Assembly (NCBI GenBank): GCA_020638735.1
Contig: JACKHZ010000009.1
Span: 442,505-506,504, forward strand
Length of the DNA: 64,000 nt
Direction of reading: 5' to 3'
Origin: Planctomycetota bacterium
Lineage (GTDB): Bacteria; Planctomycetota; UBA1135; UBA2386
Part shown: in pieces, positions 27,218-35,582 of the stretch
Layout: the number at the start of each line of letters is the position of its first letter
How positions within the stretch are numbered: the first letter of the stretch is position 1
Made by a program: the position numbers and the translations under genes
Notes under the pieces: generated by a model
What the model was told of the DNA's origin: nothing
The model's database searches: none
Seen by the model: the letters and a program-made list of their open reading frames with translations, nothing else

Positions 27218-28783
27218 TCAGTCGTGCTTCGGTTCGCTCGGGATGCGCACGTTCGGCACCGCGTCCGAGGTCGGCACCCGCTCCGCCGGCCCCGGCTTGG
27301 GCACGCCGATCGGCAGCGGGCCGCGGCCGCTGCGGCGCAGCGTGGTGCGCGCGTCGAGCGGCCCTTGCAGCTTGGGCGACAGCGCCTCGGGCTGCAGCTC
27401 GACCGCGCGACGCACGAAGGCGAAGTCGTCGGCCAGTTCGTCCCAGGCGCTGCGCGGCGCGAGGCAGATCAGCACCAGGAACGTCTCGCCGTCCGGGATC
27501 ACGTCGATCGCGGCGCGCGTCGCCCGCGGGCCGCTCGGCGTCGCGGCCTCGAGGCGCACGGTGACGCGGTCGCGCACGCGGCCGGGCACGCGGCACTCGA
27601 CCTTCAGCTCCGGGTGGAGCAGCGCGAACCAGCGCTGCACGGCGTCGACCGCGGTGTCGAGCGGCGTGCCGGGTTCCAGATGGTCGAGCAGCGACAGTCG
27701 CACCTCGGCGTCGTTGGCCGGGCAGCGCAGCAGGACGTGCCCGGCGGGCAACGGCGCCTCGACCTGCCAGGTCGGGTTGGGCAGCCACAGGCCGAAGCGC
27801 CCGTCGGCCTCCGCCACGACCGCGCTCGGGATCGTCGCCACGCCGACCGCGTGCCGCGCCGAGGCGGCGTTGCTGGGCACCGCGACCAGCGACGGGCCGG
27901 CGAGTTCGCGGCGCACGGTCTTCATGCCGGCGTCCACCCACTCGCGGTTCTGGCCGGCGGCGGTGGTCTCGGCGAGCTCGCCGACGCTGCGGCGTTCGCC
28001 GTCGATCAGCACGTGGCGCGCGCCGGTGCCGTCGAAGTGGCCGACCGCCAGCTCCTCGTTGGCAGGGTCGAACATCGTCACCGGGCCGATCTCGATCGAC
28101 GACTGCCGCGCCAGCGTGCGCGCCAGCAGCGGGAACGTCGCTTCGTCCGACCACGGCAGCTCGCGTTCGTCGCGGGACGTGCCGTCGAGGTGCTTGACGA
28201 CGAGCCGACCGGGCTGGCACTGCGCCTCGACGATGCGCTCGTCGACGACGCGTTCGCTGGCCGCCATCGGGTCGTCGGCGCTGCCGTGCTGCGCGGCCAG
28301 CATCGGCTCGCTGATGCGTTCGCGGAAGTAGCACGACTCGCCGCGGCCGTCGGCGTCGGCGGCGCACAGGTTGGTGATCTGGTAGCGACGCTGGCCGCTG
28401 GTGAACTCGTATTCCTCGTTCACCGCGAAGCCGCCGTCGCCGCGGGTGGTGACGACGGTGTGCAGCCAGCCCACCGCCTCGCCGTCGGCGTCGTGCAGCA
28501 CGAACCACGCGTCGTCGGCCGCGACCTTGGCGGCGAACTTCGGCGCGTCGACGGCGGCGCGGCGAACCGCCGCGACCATCGCCCGGCTGACGCCGATCAC
28601 CGCGCCGTGCTCGACCTCGATCTCGACGTAGCCGTCGAGTTCGCTGGTGACGCGACCGGTGAGTTGGTCGCCGTTCTTCAGCTCGACGACGTCGAGCCGG
28701 CCGGCGGTCCGGGGGGTGGGAGCCTGTTCGGCAGGTCGGGGATCCTGCAGCAGGCAGAGCAGCAGCGGCATCAGCGCGTTCAT
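27218..28783 (-). CDS. Secreted hypothetical protein (521 aa)
   Basis: Normal protein composition and a signal-like N-terminus (MNALMPLLLCLLQ). N-terminal LDVVELKNGDQLTGRVTSELDGYVEIEV beta-barrel-like motif. Lies 39 nt upstream of the AAA+/RF-like gene on the same strand. Confidence 0.6.
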   Translation of the reverse strand: MNALMPLLLCLLQDPRPAEQAPTPRTAGRLDVVELKNGDQLTGRVTSELDGYVEIEVEHGAVIGVSRAMVAAVRRAAVDAPKFAAKVAADDAWFVLHDADGEAVGWLHTVVTTRGDGGFAVNEEYEFTSGQRRYQITNLCAADADGRGESCYFRERISEPMLAAQHGSADDPMAASERVVDERIVEAQCQPGRLVVKHLDGTSRDERELPWSDEATFPLLARTLARQSSIEIGPVTMFDPANEELAVGHFDGTGARHVLIDGERRSVGELAETTAAGQNREWVDAGMKTVRRELAGPSLVAVPSNAASARHAVGVATIPSAVVAEADGRFGLWLPNPTWQVEAPLPAGHVLLRCPANDAEVRLSLLDHLEPGTPLDTAVDAVQRWFALLHPELKVECRVPGRVRDRVTVRLEAATPSGPRATRAAIDVIPDGETFLVLICLAPRSAWDELADDFAFVRRAVELQPEALSPKLQGPLDARTTLRRSGRGPLPIGVPKPGPAERVPTSDAVPNVRIPSEPKHD

Positions 28784-28831
28784 TGAGGGATCGACTCCGC
28801 CCCCCTCATCGAACGCGCCATGGCATCGGCT

Positions 28832-30592
28832 TTACCCGTCGGGCGAAGTTGTCGTGAAATCCGACGCCGCCAGACTCCGCCAGCCGCGCCACAGCGCCAG
28901 CACGGCGAGCAGCGCGACCGGCGTCAACAGCAGCCAGCTCGACACGCCGTAGAGGTCGGCCCAGAACCGCCACCACAGGTGCCGGCCCTGCCGGTCGGTC
29001 CAATGCAGCGGCCCGACGCCCTGCTCGGGCTGCACCGGCTCGACACCGAACACCGCGCCGATGGTCGCCGCGCCGTCGCGCACGACGTGTTGCTGCCGGT
29101 CCTCGAAGGCGCCGTTCCAGCACTGCGCGGCGTAGCGCCAGTTGCTCCACAGCGGCGAATAGCGCGGCTGCCACGACATCCGGTCGTCGGCGGCGTTGAG
29201 CAACGCCGTCGCCTCGTCGCGGCTCAGCGCGCCGTCGGCCAGCGCGCGTTCGGTCGCGGCGGTGTAGGCCTGGCGACCGAGCTGCAGCACGCCCCGCACC
29301 GGCGCGACGACGCTGGTCAGCGACACCAGGCAGCCGCAGGCGAACAGCGCGCGCCAGAGGCGCGGCCACCGCCGCCACGGCGCGACCTGCGGCAGCACGA
29401 TCGCCAGCAGGCCGACGACGCCGGGCGTGATGTAGCGCACACCCCAGCACTGGCCGCCCTGCCAGCCGTTGGCCTTGCAGAACAGCGCGACCGGCGTCAA
29501 CAGCAGCACCCAGGCCAGCCAGCGCAGCGCGAGGCGTCGGCGCGAACAGGCCAGCGGCAGCCCGAGCCACAGCAGCGGCGACAGCCACAGCGCGCCCCGA
29601 CCCGCGGCGAACAGCATCTTCAGCACGCCGAGATACCACGGCTGGTTCAGCCAATCGGCGGCGCTGGTGTAGCCGGTGTCCAACGGGTTGCCGAAACGCG
29701 CGTGGTCGACCGCCAACAGCACCACCAGGAACGGCGCGCCGCCGACGGCGAAGGCGAGCAACTCCCGATACCGGCCGCGGCGCCGCGCGGCGAGCGCCAG
29801 CACCGCGGCGAAGGCGAGGATCGCCAGCGCGCTCTGGTAGCGGACCAGCACCGCCGCCCCGCTCGCCGCGCCGGCCAGCAGCGCGTCGCGCACGGCGCCG
29901 CGCGCCCCGGGCGCCGCGAGGTGCAGCCGCACGACCGGCCACAGCGCCAGCAGCAACAGGGTCAGCCCCGGCCCGTCCGACAGCTGCTCGCGGCCGAGCG
30001 CGAACGCCTGGCTGGCGACGCCGATGCCTGCGGCGGTCCACAGCGCCCCGCGCCGATCGGCGCCGAGTTCGCGCGCGATGCGGAACAGCAGCCACAGCGA
30101 AGTCGCCAGACACAACGACGGCAGCAGCAACGCCACCAGCCCCTGCAGCACGGCCGGCGTGCCTTCGACGACGGTCGGTACGAACCCCGCGGCCTTCTGG
30201 GTCAGCCTCCGGTCGGCGTCGGGCAACGCGCGCTCGACGCCCGCGGCCAGCGGCACGAACGGCACCATCAGGTAGGTGTAGCCGATCGGAAACCACACGT
30301 AGGCGAGGCCGTTCTGCCCGAGCTTGCCGTCGACGCGCGCCCCGAGCCCCTGCTCTTCCCGACGCTGGCTGTCGGCGATGACGAACGCGCCGATCTTCTC
30401 GCCCTCGAGCTCGCCGCCCTGCGCGGCCGTGCGCAGCCCGCTGTCACCGCGCAGCCACAGGTTGCGCGCCGCGTGCATCGTGAAGCCGGCGTCGGTCGAC
30501 TCGAAGTTGCCGTGCGCGACGCAGACGAAGCACAGCCAGGCACCGAGCCACAGCAGCAGCCCGCCGCGCCGCGTCCGCGCGTCGCCGTTCAC
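28832..30592 (-). CDS. Polytopic membrane protein, GT-C-like (ArnT/PMT-like glycosyltransferase candidate)
   Basis: Trimmed from the 1085-aa track ORF to GTG (VNGDARTRRGGLLLWLGAW), which forms a GTGA overlap with the upstream transporter stop (30589-30592). About 10 or more hydrophobic helices. Function is assigned only by general resemblance. Confidence 0.45.
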   Translation of the reverse strand: MNGDARTRRGGLLLWLGAWLCFVCVAHGNFESTDAGFTMHAARNLWLRGDSGLRTAAQGGELEGEKIGAFVIADSQRREEQGLGARVDGKLGQNGLAYVWFPIGYTYLMVPFVPLAAGVERALPDADRRLTQKAAGFVPTVVEGTPAVLQGLVALLLPSLCLATSLWLLFRIARELGADRRGALWTAAGIGVASQAFALGREQLSDGPGLTLLLLALWPVVRLHLAAPGARGAVRDALLAGAASGAAVLVRYQSALAILAFAAVLALAARRRGRYRELLAFAVGGAPFLVVLLAVDHARFGNPLDTGYTSAADWLNQPWYLGVLKMLFAAGRGALWLSPLLWLGLPLACSRRRLALRWLAWVLLLTPVALFCKANGWQGGQCWGVRYITPGVVGLLAIVLPQVAPWRRWPRLWRALFACGCLVSLTSVVAPVRGVLQLGRQAYTAATERALADGALSRDEATALLNAADDRMSWQPRYSPLWSNWRYAAQCWNGAFEDRQQHVVRDGAATIGAVFGVEPVQPEQGVGPLHWTDRQGRHLWWRFWADLYGVSSWLLLTPVALLAVLALWRGWRSLAASDFTTTSPDG

Positions 30593-32184
30593 CTGCCACC
30601 CCCGAGCAGCGCCGTGGTGTCGACGCCGAGCAGCGGCAGCGCCCAGTACCAGAGCACGGGCAGCATCAGCACCGCCGACAGGATGTTGAGCCCGACGCCG
30701 GCCCTGGCCATCTGTCCGAAGCCGAGCTGCCGCGAGGCGAAGACGATGGTGTTGGGCGGCGTCGCGATCGGCAGCATGAAGCTGCACGACGCGCCGATCA
30801 CGACCGGCAGCATCAGCACCAGCGGGTCGATTCCGGCCGCCAGCGCGCCTTCGCGCACGATCGGCAGCAGCAGCGTCGCGATCGCCGTGTTGCTGGCGAC
30901 CTCCGACAGCGCGGAGACCGTGCAGATCACCAGGAACACCAGCAGCATCGGGTGCATCGAGCCGATCAGCGGCTTCAGCAGCTCGCCGAACGCCGCCGAC
31001 AGACCGGTCGGTCCGAACGCCTGGGCCATGGCGATGCCCGACCCGAGCAGCAGCAACAGATCGAACGGCATCTGCCGCGCCGTCTCCCAGTCGACCAGCC
31101 GCGGGCGCGCGCGTTCGCCGGTCGGGATGACGAACGCGGCGATCGCGACCAGTACCGCGACGCTGCCGTCGGCGACGAAGGTGTCGCGCGCGCCGGCGGG
31201 CACCAGCCAGTGCGCCCATCCGTGCAGCGCGTCGCCGCCGCCGAGCGGAATGTCGGCGCGCGTCGTCCACAGCAACACGGCCGCGGCGAACAGGGCGCCG
31301 GTGCGGCGCTCGGCCGTCGACCAGCGCGGCAGTTCGTGGGCCTCGCGCAGCAGCTCGTCGCCGTGCGACAGCCGCGCCTTCGGCAGCGGCATGGCGATGC
31401 GCGACAGCACGAACGCGCAGCCCACCGACAGCAGCAGCGAGTAGGGCGCGAAGCCGGCGACCCACAGCAAGAACGACACGGGCTCGTGCCCGGCCTTCTC
31501 CAGCGGCTCGTAGGCGGAGAAGAACAGCGCGTTGGGCGCGGTGCCGATCGGCGTGCCCATGCCGCCGATGGTCGCGCCGAAGGCGATCGCGCACATGATC
31601 GCGCCGCCGAAGTTTCGCTGCGCGCGCGGATCGAGGTCGCCGAGCTCGGCGGCGCGGCGCACCACGACCATGCCGATCGGCAGCAGCAGCAGCGCGATCG
31701 CGGTGTTGCTGATCCACATCGACGACAGCGTCGCGGCGAGACAGAAGCCGAGCACGAGGCGACGCGGGTAGGGTCCGAGCCGGGCCGTCAGGCGCAGCGC
31801 GAGACGCCGGTGCAGGCCGCAGCGCTCGACCGCCTGCGCCAGCACGAAGCCGCCGCCGAACAACCACAGGATCGGGTGGCCATAGCCGGCGGTCAGCGCC
31901 GCCGTCGACTGCACGCCGAGCATCGGCAGCAGCGCCAGCGGCAGCAGCGACGCGGCCGCGATCGGCAGCGCCGACAGCAGCCACGTGGAGGTCGTCAGGC
32001 CGACGACGAACAGCAGCCGGCAGGCAGCGGGGCCATTGGGCGGCTGCCCCGGAGCGGCCGCCGCGAAGGGCAGCCCGTGGCCCGCCCACCAGCAGGCGCA
32101 GCCGATCCCCAGCGCCAACAGCAGGCGCCAGGGACGCACTTCGTCGCGGTGGGTAGGTTCGTCGTGCGGGGCGGGCGGCGACAC
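30589..32184 (-). CDS. DASS/SLC13-family anion:sodium symporter
   Basis: SSMWISNTAIALLLLPI and the duplicated SEVASNTAIATLLLPI hairpin motifs. PIGTAPNALFF and PIATPPNTIVF (SNT/PPN signatures). Confidence 0.85.
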   Translation of the reverse strand: MSPPAPHDEPTHRDEVRPWRLLLALGIGCACWWAGHGLPFAAAAPGQPPNGPAACRLLFVVGLTTSTWLLSALPIAAASLLPLALLPMLGVQSTAALTAGYGHPILWLFGGGFVLAQAVERCGLHRRLALRLTARLGPYPRRLVLGFCLAATLSSMWISNTAIALLLLPIGMVVVRRAAELGDLDPRAQRNFGGAIMCAIAFGATIGGMGTPIGTAPNALFFSAYEPLEKAGHEPVSFLLWVAGFAPYSLLLSVGCAFVLSRIAMPLPKARLSHGDELLREAHELPRWSTAERRTGALFAAAVLLWTTRADIPLGGGDALHGWAHWLVPAGARDTFVADGSVAVLVAIAAFVIPTGERARPRLVDWETARQMPFDLLLLLGSGIAMAQAFGPTGLSAAFGELLKPLIGSMHPMLLVFLVICTVSALSEVASNTAIATLLLPIVREGALAAGIDPLVLMLPVVIGASCSFMLPIATPPNTIVFASRQLGFGQMARAGVGLNILSAVLMLPVLWYWALPLLGVDTTALLGGGR

Positions 32185-32191
32185 GGCGTCC

Positions 32192-32515
32192 TCATCGAAC
32201 CGAGTCGGCGACCCACTGCAGGTACGGCGCGTGACCTCCGGCGACCGGCAGCACCAGCACCTCGGGCACGTCGTAGGGATGCAATTCGACCAGCCTCTGC
32301 GACAGGCGGTCGGCGGCGGCGGCGGTCGTCTTGACGAGCAACAGCAGCTCCTCGGCGCGTTCGACGACCCCCTGCCAGCGGTAGACCGAGCGCACGGGCG
32401 CGCTGACGTTGACGCACGCGCACAGCTGCTCCTCGACCAGCTTGGTCGCCAACGCCTCGGCTGCCGCGGCCGGCGCGCTGCACAGCACCACCACGACGTC
32501 GGCGGGCGCCGTCAC
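32192..32515 (-). CDS. cutA: Divalent-cation tolerance protein CutA
   Basis: VVVVLCSAP...A..LA.KLVEEQLCACVN......SVYRWQG.....E.LLLVKT.......L...L.ELHPYDVPEVLVLPV is collinear with E. coli CutA as I recall it. Confidence 0.85.
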   Translation of the reverse strand: MTAPADVVVVLCSAPAAAAEALATKLVEEQLCACVNVSAPVRSVYRWQGVVERAEELLLLVKTTAAAADRLSQRLVELHPYDVPEVLVLPVAGGHAPYLQWVADSVR

Positions 32516-33261
32516 TTGCCGCGCGCCAGCCGTTCGGCGAGCGCCGGGTGCAGCCCCGCGGCGAGGATCTTGGCCTGCGTGCGGCGGAAGTCGTACGGCA
32601 CGCGCTCGATGGTCACGATGCGATCGCGCACCACGGCGAAGCTGGCGCGCGGGTCGCCGTCGCGCGGTTGTCCGACGCTGCCGACGTTGACGATGCAGGG
32701 CCCTTCGAGCGCGAACTCACGATCGTCGTCGGTCGCTTGGGTGAAGCGGTAGTCGGGGCGATGCACGCCGGGCCAGTGCGTGTGGCCGACGAAGCACGGG
32801 CCGTCGACGTACTGGAAGATCTGCGCCAGCTTCTCGGGCTCCAGGAAGCCGTCGCTCTTCAGCACGTACTCCATCACCGGGTCGCGCGGCGAACCGTGAT
32901 AGAACTTGAAGCCGAAGTCCTCCATGCGCTCCGGCAGGCCGCGCAGGAACTCGGTCGCCTGACGCCGCTTCGGCCGCAGGAACGACGGCCGCAGCTGCGC
33001 GCGCGCGTAGAGCAGCGCCTCGCGAGCCAGCGGGTTGAAGTCGTCCATGTCGTGGAACATGCCCCAGTCGTGGTTGCCCTGCAGCGTCCACTTGCAGCGC
33101 TGCATGACCATCAGCGTCACGGGCAGCGGGTCGGCGCCGTAGCCGACCACGTCCCCGAGACACACGACCTCGGGCACCGAGAGCTCGTCGATGCGCGCGA
33201 ACACCGCCTCGACCGCCTCGAGGTTGCTGTGCAGGTCGGAGATGATCGCGAACGTCGCCAA
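32512..33261 (-). CDS. Metallophosphoesterase (calcineurin-like/YfcE-type)
   Basis: ISDLHSN (DxH), CLGDVVGYG (GD), GNHDW (GNH[DE]), GHTH. GTGA overlap with cutA start at 32512-32515. Confidence 0.85.
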   Translation of the reverse strand: MATFAIISDLHSNLEAVEAVFARIDELSVPEVVCLGDVVGYGADPLPVTLMVMQRCKWTLQGNHDWGMFHDMDDFNPLAREALLYARAQLRPSFLRPKRRQATEFLRGLPERMEDFGFKFYHGSPRDPVMEYVLKSDGFLEPEKLAQIFQYVDGPCFVGHTHWPGVHRPDYRFTQATDDDREFALEGPCIVNVGSVGQPRDGDPRASFAVVRDRIVTIERVPYDFRRTQAKILAAGLHPALAERLARGK

Positions 33262-33282
33262 GGGTTCCTCGGTGCTCGGCGG

Positions 33283-34257
33283 TCAGGCGCCGCCTGCCAG
33301 GGCCGCGCCGACGGCGTCGGTGATCGCCGCCTCGGCCTCGTTCAGGGTCATCGCCAGCGTCGCGCCGGCGGCCTTCTTGTGCCCGCCACCGCCGAAACGG
33401 GCGACGATCGCCTGCACGTCGACGTCACCGCGCGCGCGCAGGGAGCACTTCACGCCGCCGTCGAAGCGCTCCTTGAGCAGCGCGACGACCTCGACGCCTT
33501 CGATCGAGCGCAGCGGCTCGAGCACCGCGTCGGTGTCGAAGTCGGCGCGCAGGCAGCGCTCGAGCAGCGGCTTGTCGATGCTCACCCGCGCCAGCTTGCC
33601 GCCGTGCAGCATCTGGTAGCGCTTCAGCGTCTCCGCCAACACCGCCGGCGAGTCGGGGTGGTTGCGGCGGTGGATCGCGTCGTAGACCCGGGACGCGTCG
33701 ACGCCGGCGCCGACCAGCTCGCCGGCCATCGCGAACACTTCTTCGTCGGCGTTGGAGTAGCGGAACCAACCGGTGTCCGAGACCAGCGACAGGAACACGC
33801 CCTCCGCAGCCGCGGCGCCCAGCGGCACGTCGAGCTCGCGGTAGAGGCGCCGCACCAGCGCGCCGGTCGCCGCCGCAGTCGGGTCGACGTAGCACACCGA
33901 ACCGTCGCCCGCGTCGCTGCCGACGTGATGATCGACGACCGCGATCGTGGCGCCGCTGGCGAGCAGCCGCTTGCCGAGCGCGCCCACCCTCGACAGCTGG
34001 CAGCAGTCGAGCAGGACCGCGACCTCGAACTCGGGCAAGGTCTCGCTCGTGCGCGCCGACGCGAACGGGGTGTGCTCGGCCAGGAAGTCGAACGCCTTCG
34101 CCATCGGGTCCGGGTTGACGATGTGCACCGTCTTGCCGAGCGCGCGCAGCAGGTGATAGAGCGCCACCTCGGCGCCGACACAATCCCCGTCCGGGTTCTC
34201 GTGACCGGTCAGCAGGAACGACGAACGTCGGCGCAGGAGCTCCAGGAAGGCAGTCAC
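33283..34257 (-). CDS. nrnA: DHH/DHHA1 phosphoesterase (NrnA-like oligoribonuclease/pAp phosphatase)
   Basis: HENPDGDCVGAE, VVDHHVGSD, and GGGHKKAAG (DHHA1 GGGH). Start set at GTG (VTAFLELLRRR). The track start 34323 would overlap the upstream gene by 32 nt with a junk-like N-terminus. Confidence 0.8.
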   Translation of the reverse strand: MTAFLELLRRRSSFLLTGHENPDGDCVGAEVALYHLLRALGKTVHIVNPDPMAKAFDFLAEHTPFASARTSETLPEFEVAVLLDCCQLSRVGALGKRLLASGATIAVVDHHVGSDAGDGSVCYVDPTAAATGALVRRLYRELDVPLGAAAAEGVFLSLVSDTGWFRYSNADEEVFAMAGELVGAGVDASRVYDAIHRRNHPDSPAVLAETLKRYQMLHGGKLARVSIDKPLLERCLRADFDTDAVLEPLRSIEGVEVVALLKERFDGGVKCSLRARGDVDVQAIVARFGGGGHKKAAGATLAMTLNEAEAAITDAVGAALAGGA

Positions 34258-34291
34258 GTGCCCGGCACTGTACGCCCCTGCGCAGCGGCGC

Positions 34292-35563
34292 TCAACGCTC
34301 GCCGACGCTCGACAGCGAAACACCCGCCAATCGGGTCTCCATCGGCGCCAGCTCGCCTTGCACGAACGAGGTCAACGTGGCATCCGCCGACGCGCGCGCC
34401 GGGACGACGAGGAAGTCCGCCGGCGCGCCGCGCCGCAGCTTCCCGCCGGTCACGCCGAGCGAGCGGGCGCCGTGCACGGTCGCCATCGCCAGCAGCTGGG
34501 CCGGCGACAGCGCCGGCCAGAAGCGGGCGGCGCGGCCGAGCTCGGCGACCATCGACAGCCCGGTGTTGCTGGCGCGCGAATCGGTGCCGAGCGCCACGGG
34601 CACGCCGCGACGCAGCCAGGTCGCGACCGGCGGTGGCGCACGTCGGAACCACTCGATCGTGCCGGGACAGACGACGATCGAGGCCCCTGCGGCGACGATG
34701 CGGGCGATATCGCCGCGCTCGAGTTCCTGACAATGAACGAGCTGTGTGGCCGGGCGCAGCACGCCGAGCCGCTCCAGCCAACGGACCGCGCCGCAGCCGC
34801 GCGCGCGATGGTCTTCGGGAAGGCGACCGAGTCGCGCCAGCAGCTCGGCGAACGGCCCCTCGCCGGTGTGCAGGAACTGCTGTTCCTCCGGCAGCTCGGC
34901 GCAGTGCACCGACAGGTGACGACTCGCGCGCGCCGCCGCACGCACGAGCGAGGCCGACACCGAATACGGCGCGTGCGGCGACAGGCCCCGGGCCGCGCGA
35001 AGCTGCGGTCGTGGCGCAGCGTTGCGCTGTCGGATCAGCGCGCGCGCGCCGACGTCGTCGAGGTGGTAGCCGACCAGCTCCTGGTAGCAACGGCCGCCGA
35101 GCGGCACGCGGCGCAACGCCGCCGGGCTCTGACCGGTCGAGTCGATCTCGCCGATCGCGGTCGTGCCGGTGCACCAGAGATCGCGCAGCGCGAGTTCGGC
35201 GGCGCGGCGATGCGCGGCCGGTGTCATGTCGCGGCGACTGGCCATCACCAGCCCCACCCACGGCAGGAAGCTGCGTTCGACGCGAGGCAGCGCGCCGAGC
35301 TGCAGGTGGACGTGGGCATCGACGAGCCCCGGCAGCACGGCCACGTCGGCGACGCGTGCGGCGGCGGCGCCGCGCAGCCGCCGCAACGAGGTCACCCGGC
35401 CGCGCGCGTCCCAGCGCACCAGCCCTGGCTCGAGCACCCGCTCTGGGTCGAGCCACACGTAGCGCGCGGCGAACTCACCGGCGCGCCCTGCGGCACCGCG
35501 CGGCGGCACGGCTCGCGACACACCGCGGTGCGGCCGGCCGACGTTCGTTCCGGGTCGGCTCAA
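34292..35563 (-). CDS. Amidohydrolase-superfamily protein (chlorohydrolase/aminohydrolase-like)
   Basis: LPGLVDAHVHLQL (HxH metal motif), later SPHAPYS and HC.EL, GTDS. The exact substrate is not inferable. Confidence 0.75.
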   Translation of the reverse strand: MSRPGTNVGRPHRGVSRAVPPRGAAGRAGEFAARYVWLDPERVLEPGLVRWDARGRVTSLRRLRGAAAARVADVAVLPGLVDAHVHLQLGALPRVERSFLPWVGLVMASRRDMTPAAHRRAAELALRDLWCTGTTAIGEIDSTGQSPAALRRVPLGGRCYQELVGYHLDDVGARALIRQRNAAPRPQLRAARGLSPHAPYSVSASLVRAAARASRHLSVHCAELPEEQQFLHTGEGPFAELLARLGRLPEDHRARGCGAVRWLERLGVLRPATQLVHCQELERGDIARIVAAGASIVVCPGTIEWFRRAPPPVATWLRRGVPVALGTDSRASNTGLSMVAELGRAARFWPALSPAQLLAMATVHGARSLGVTGGKLRRGAPADFLVVPARASADATLTSFVQGELAPMETRLAGVSLSSVGER

Positions 35564-35582
35564 GGCTGCGCGCCGCGCAGCC

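Noticed and set aside
23633-28786. 1717-aa stop-free ORF on the + strand, the longest in the window
   Set aside because: The translation is Arg/Ala/His/Gly/Asp-rich low-complexity with no motifs. It is antisense to two motif-bearing minus-strand genes (Walker A/B, PCRF-like) and runs straight through their intergenic gap. This is the expected stop-codon-depletion artefact of very high GC.
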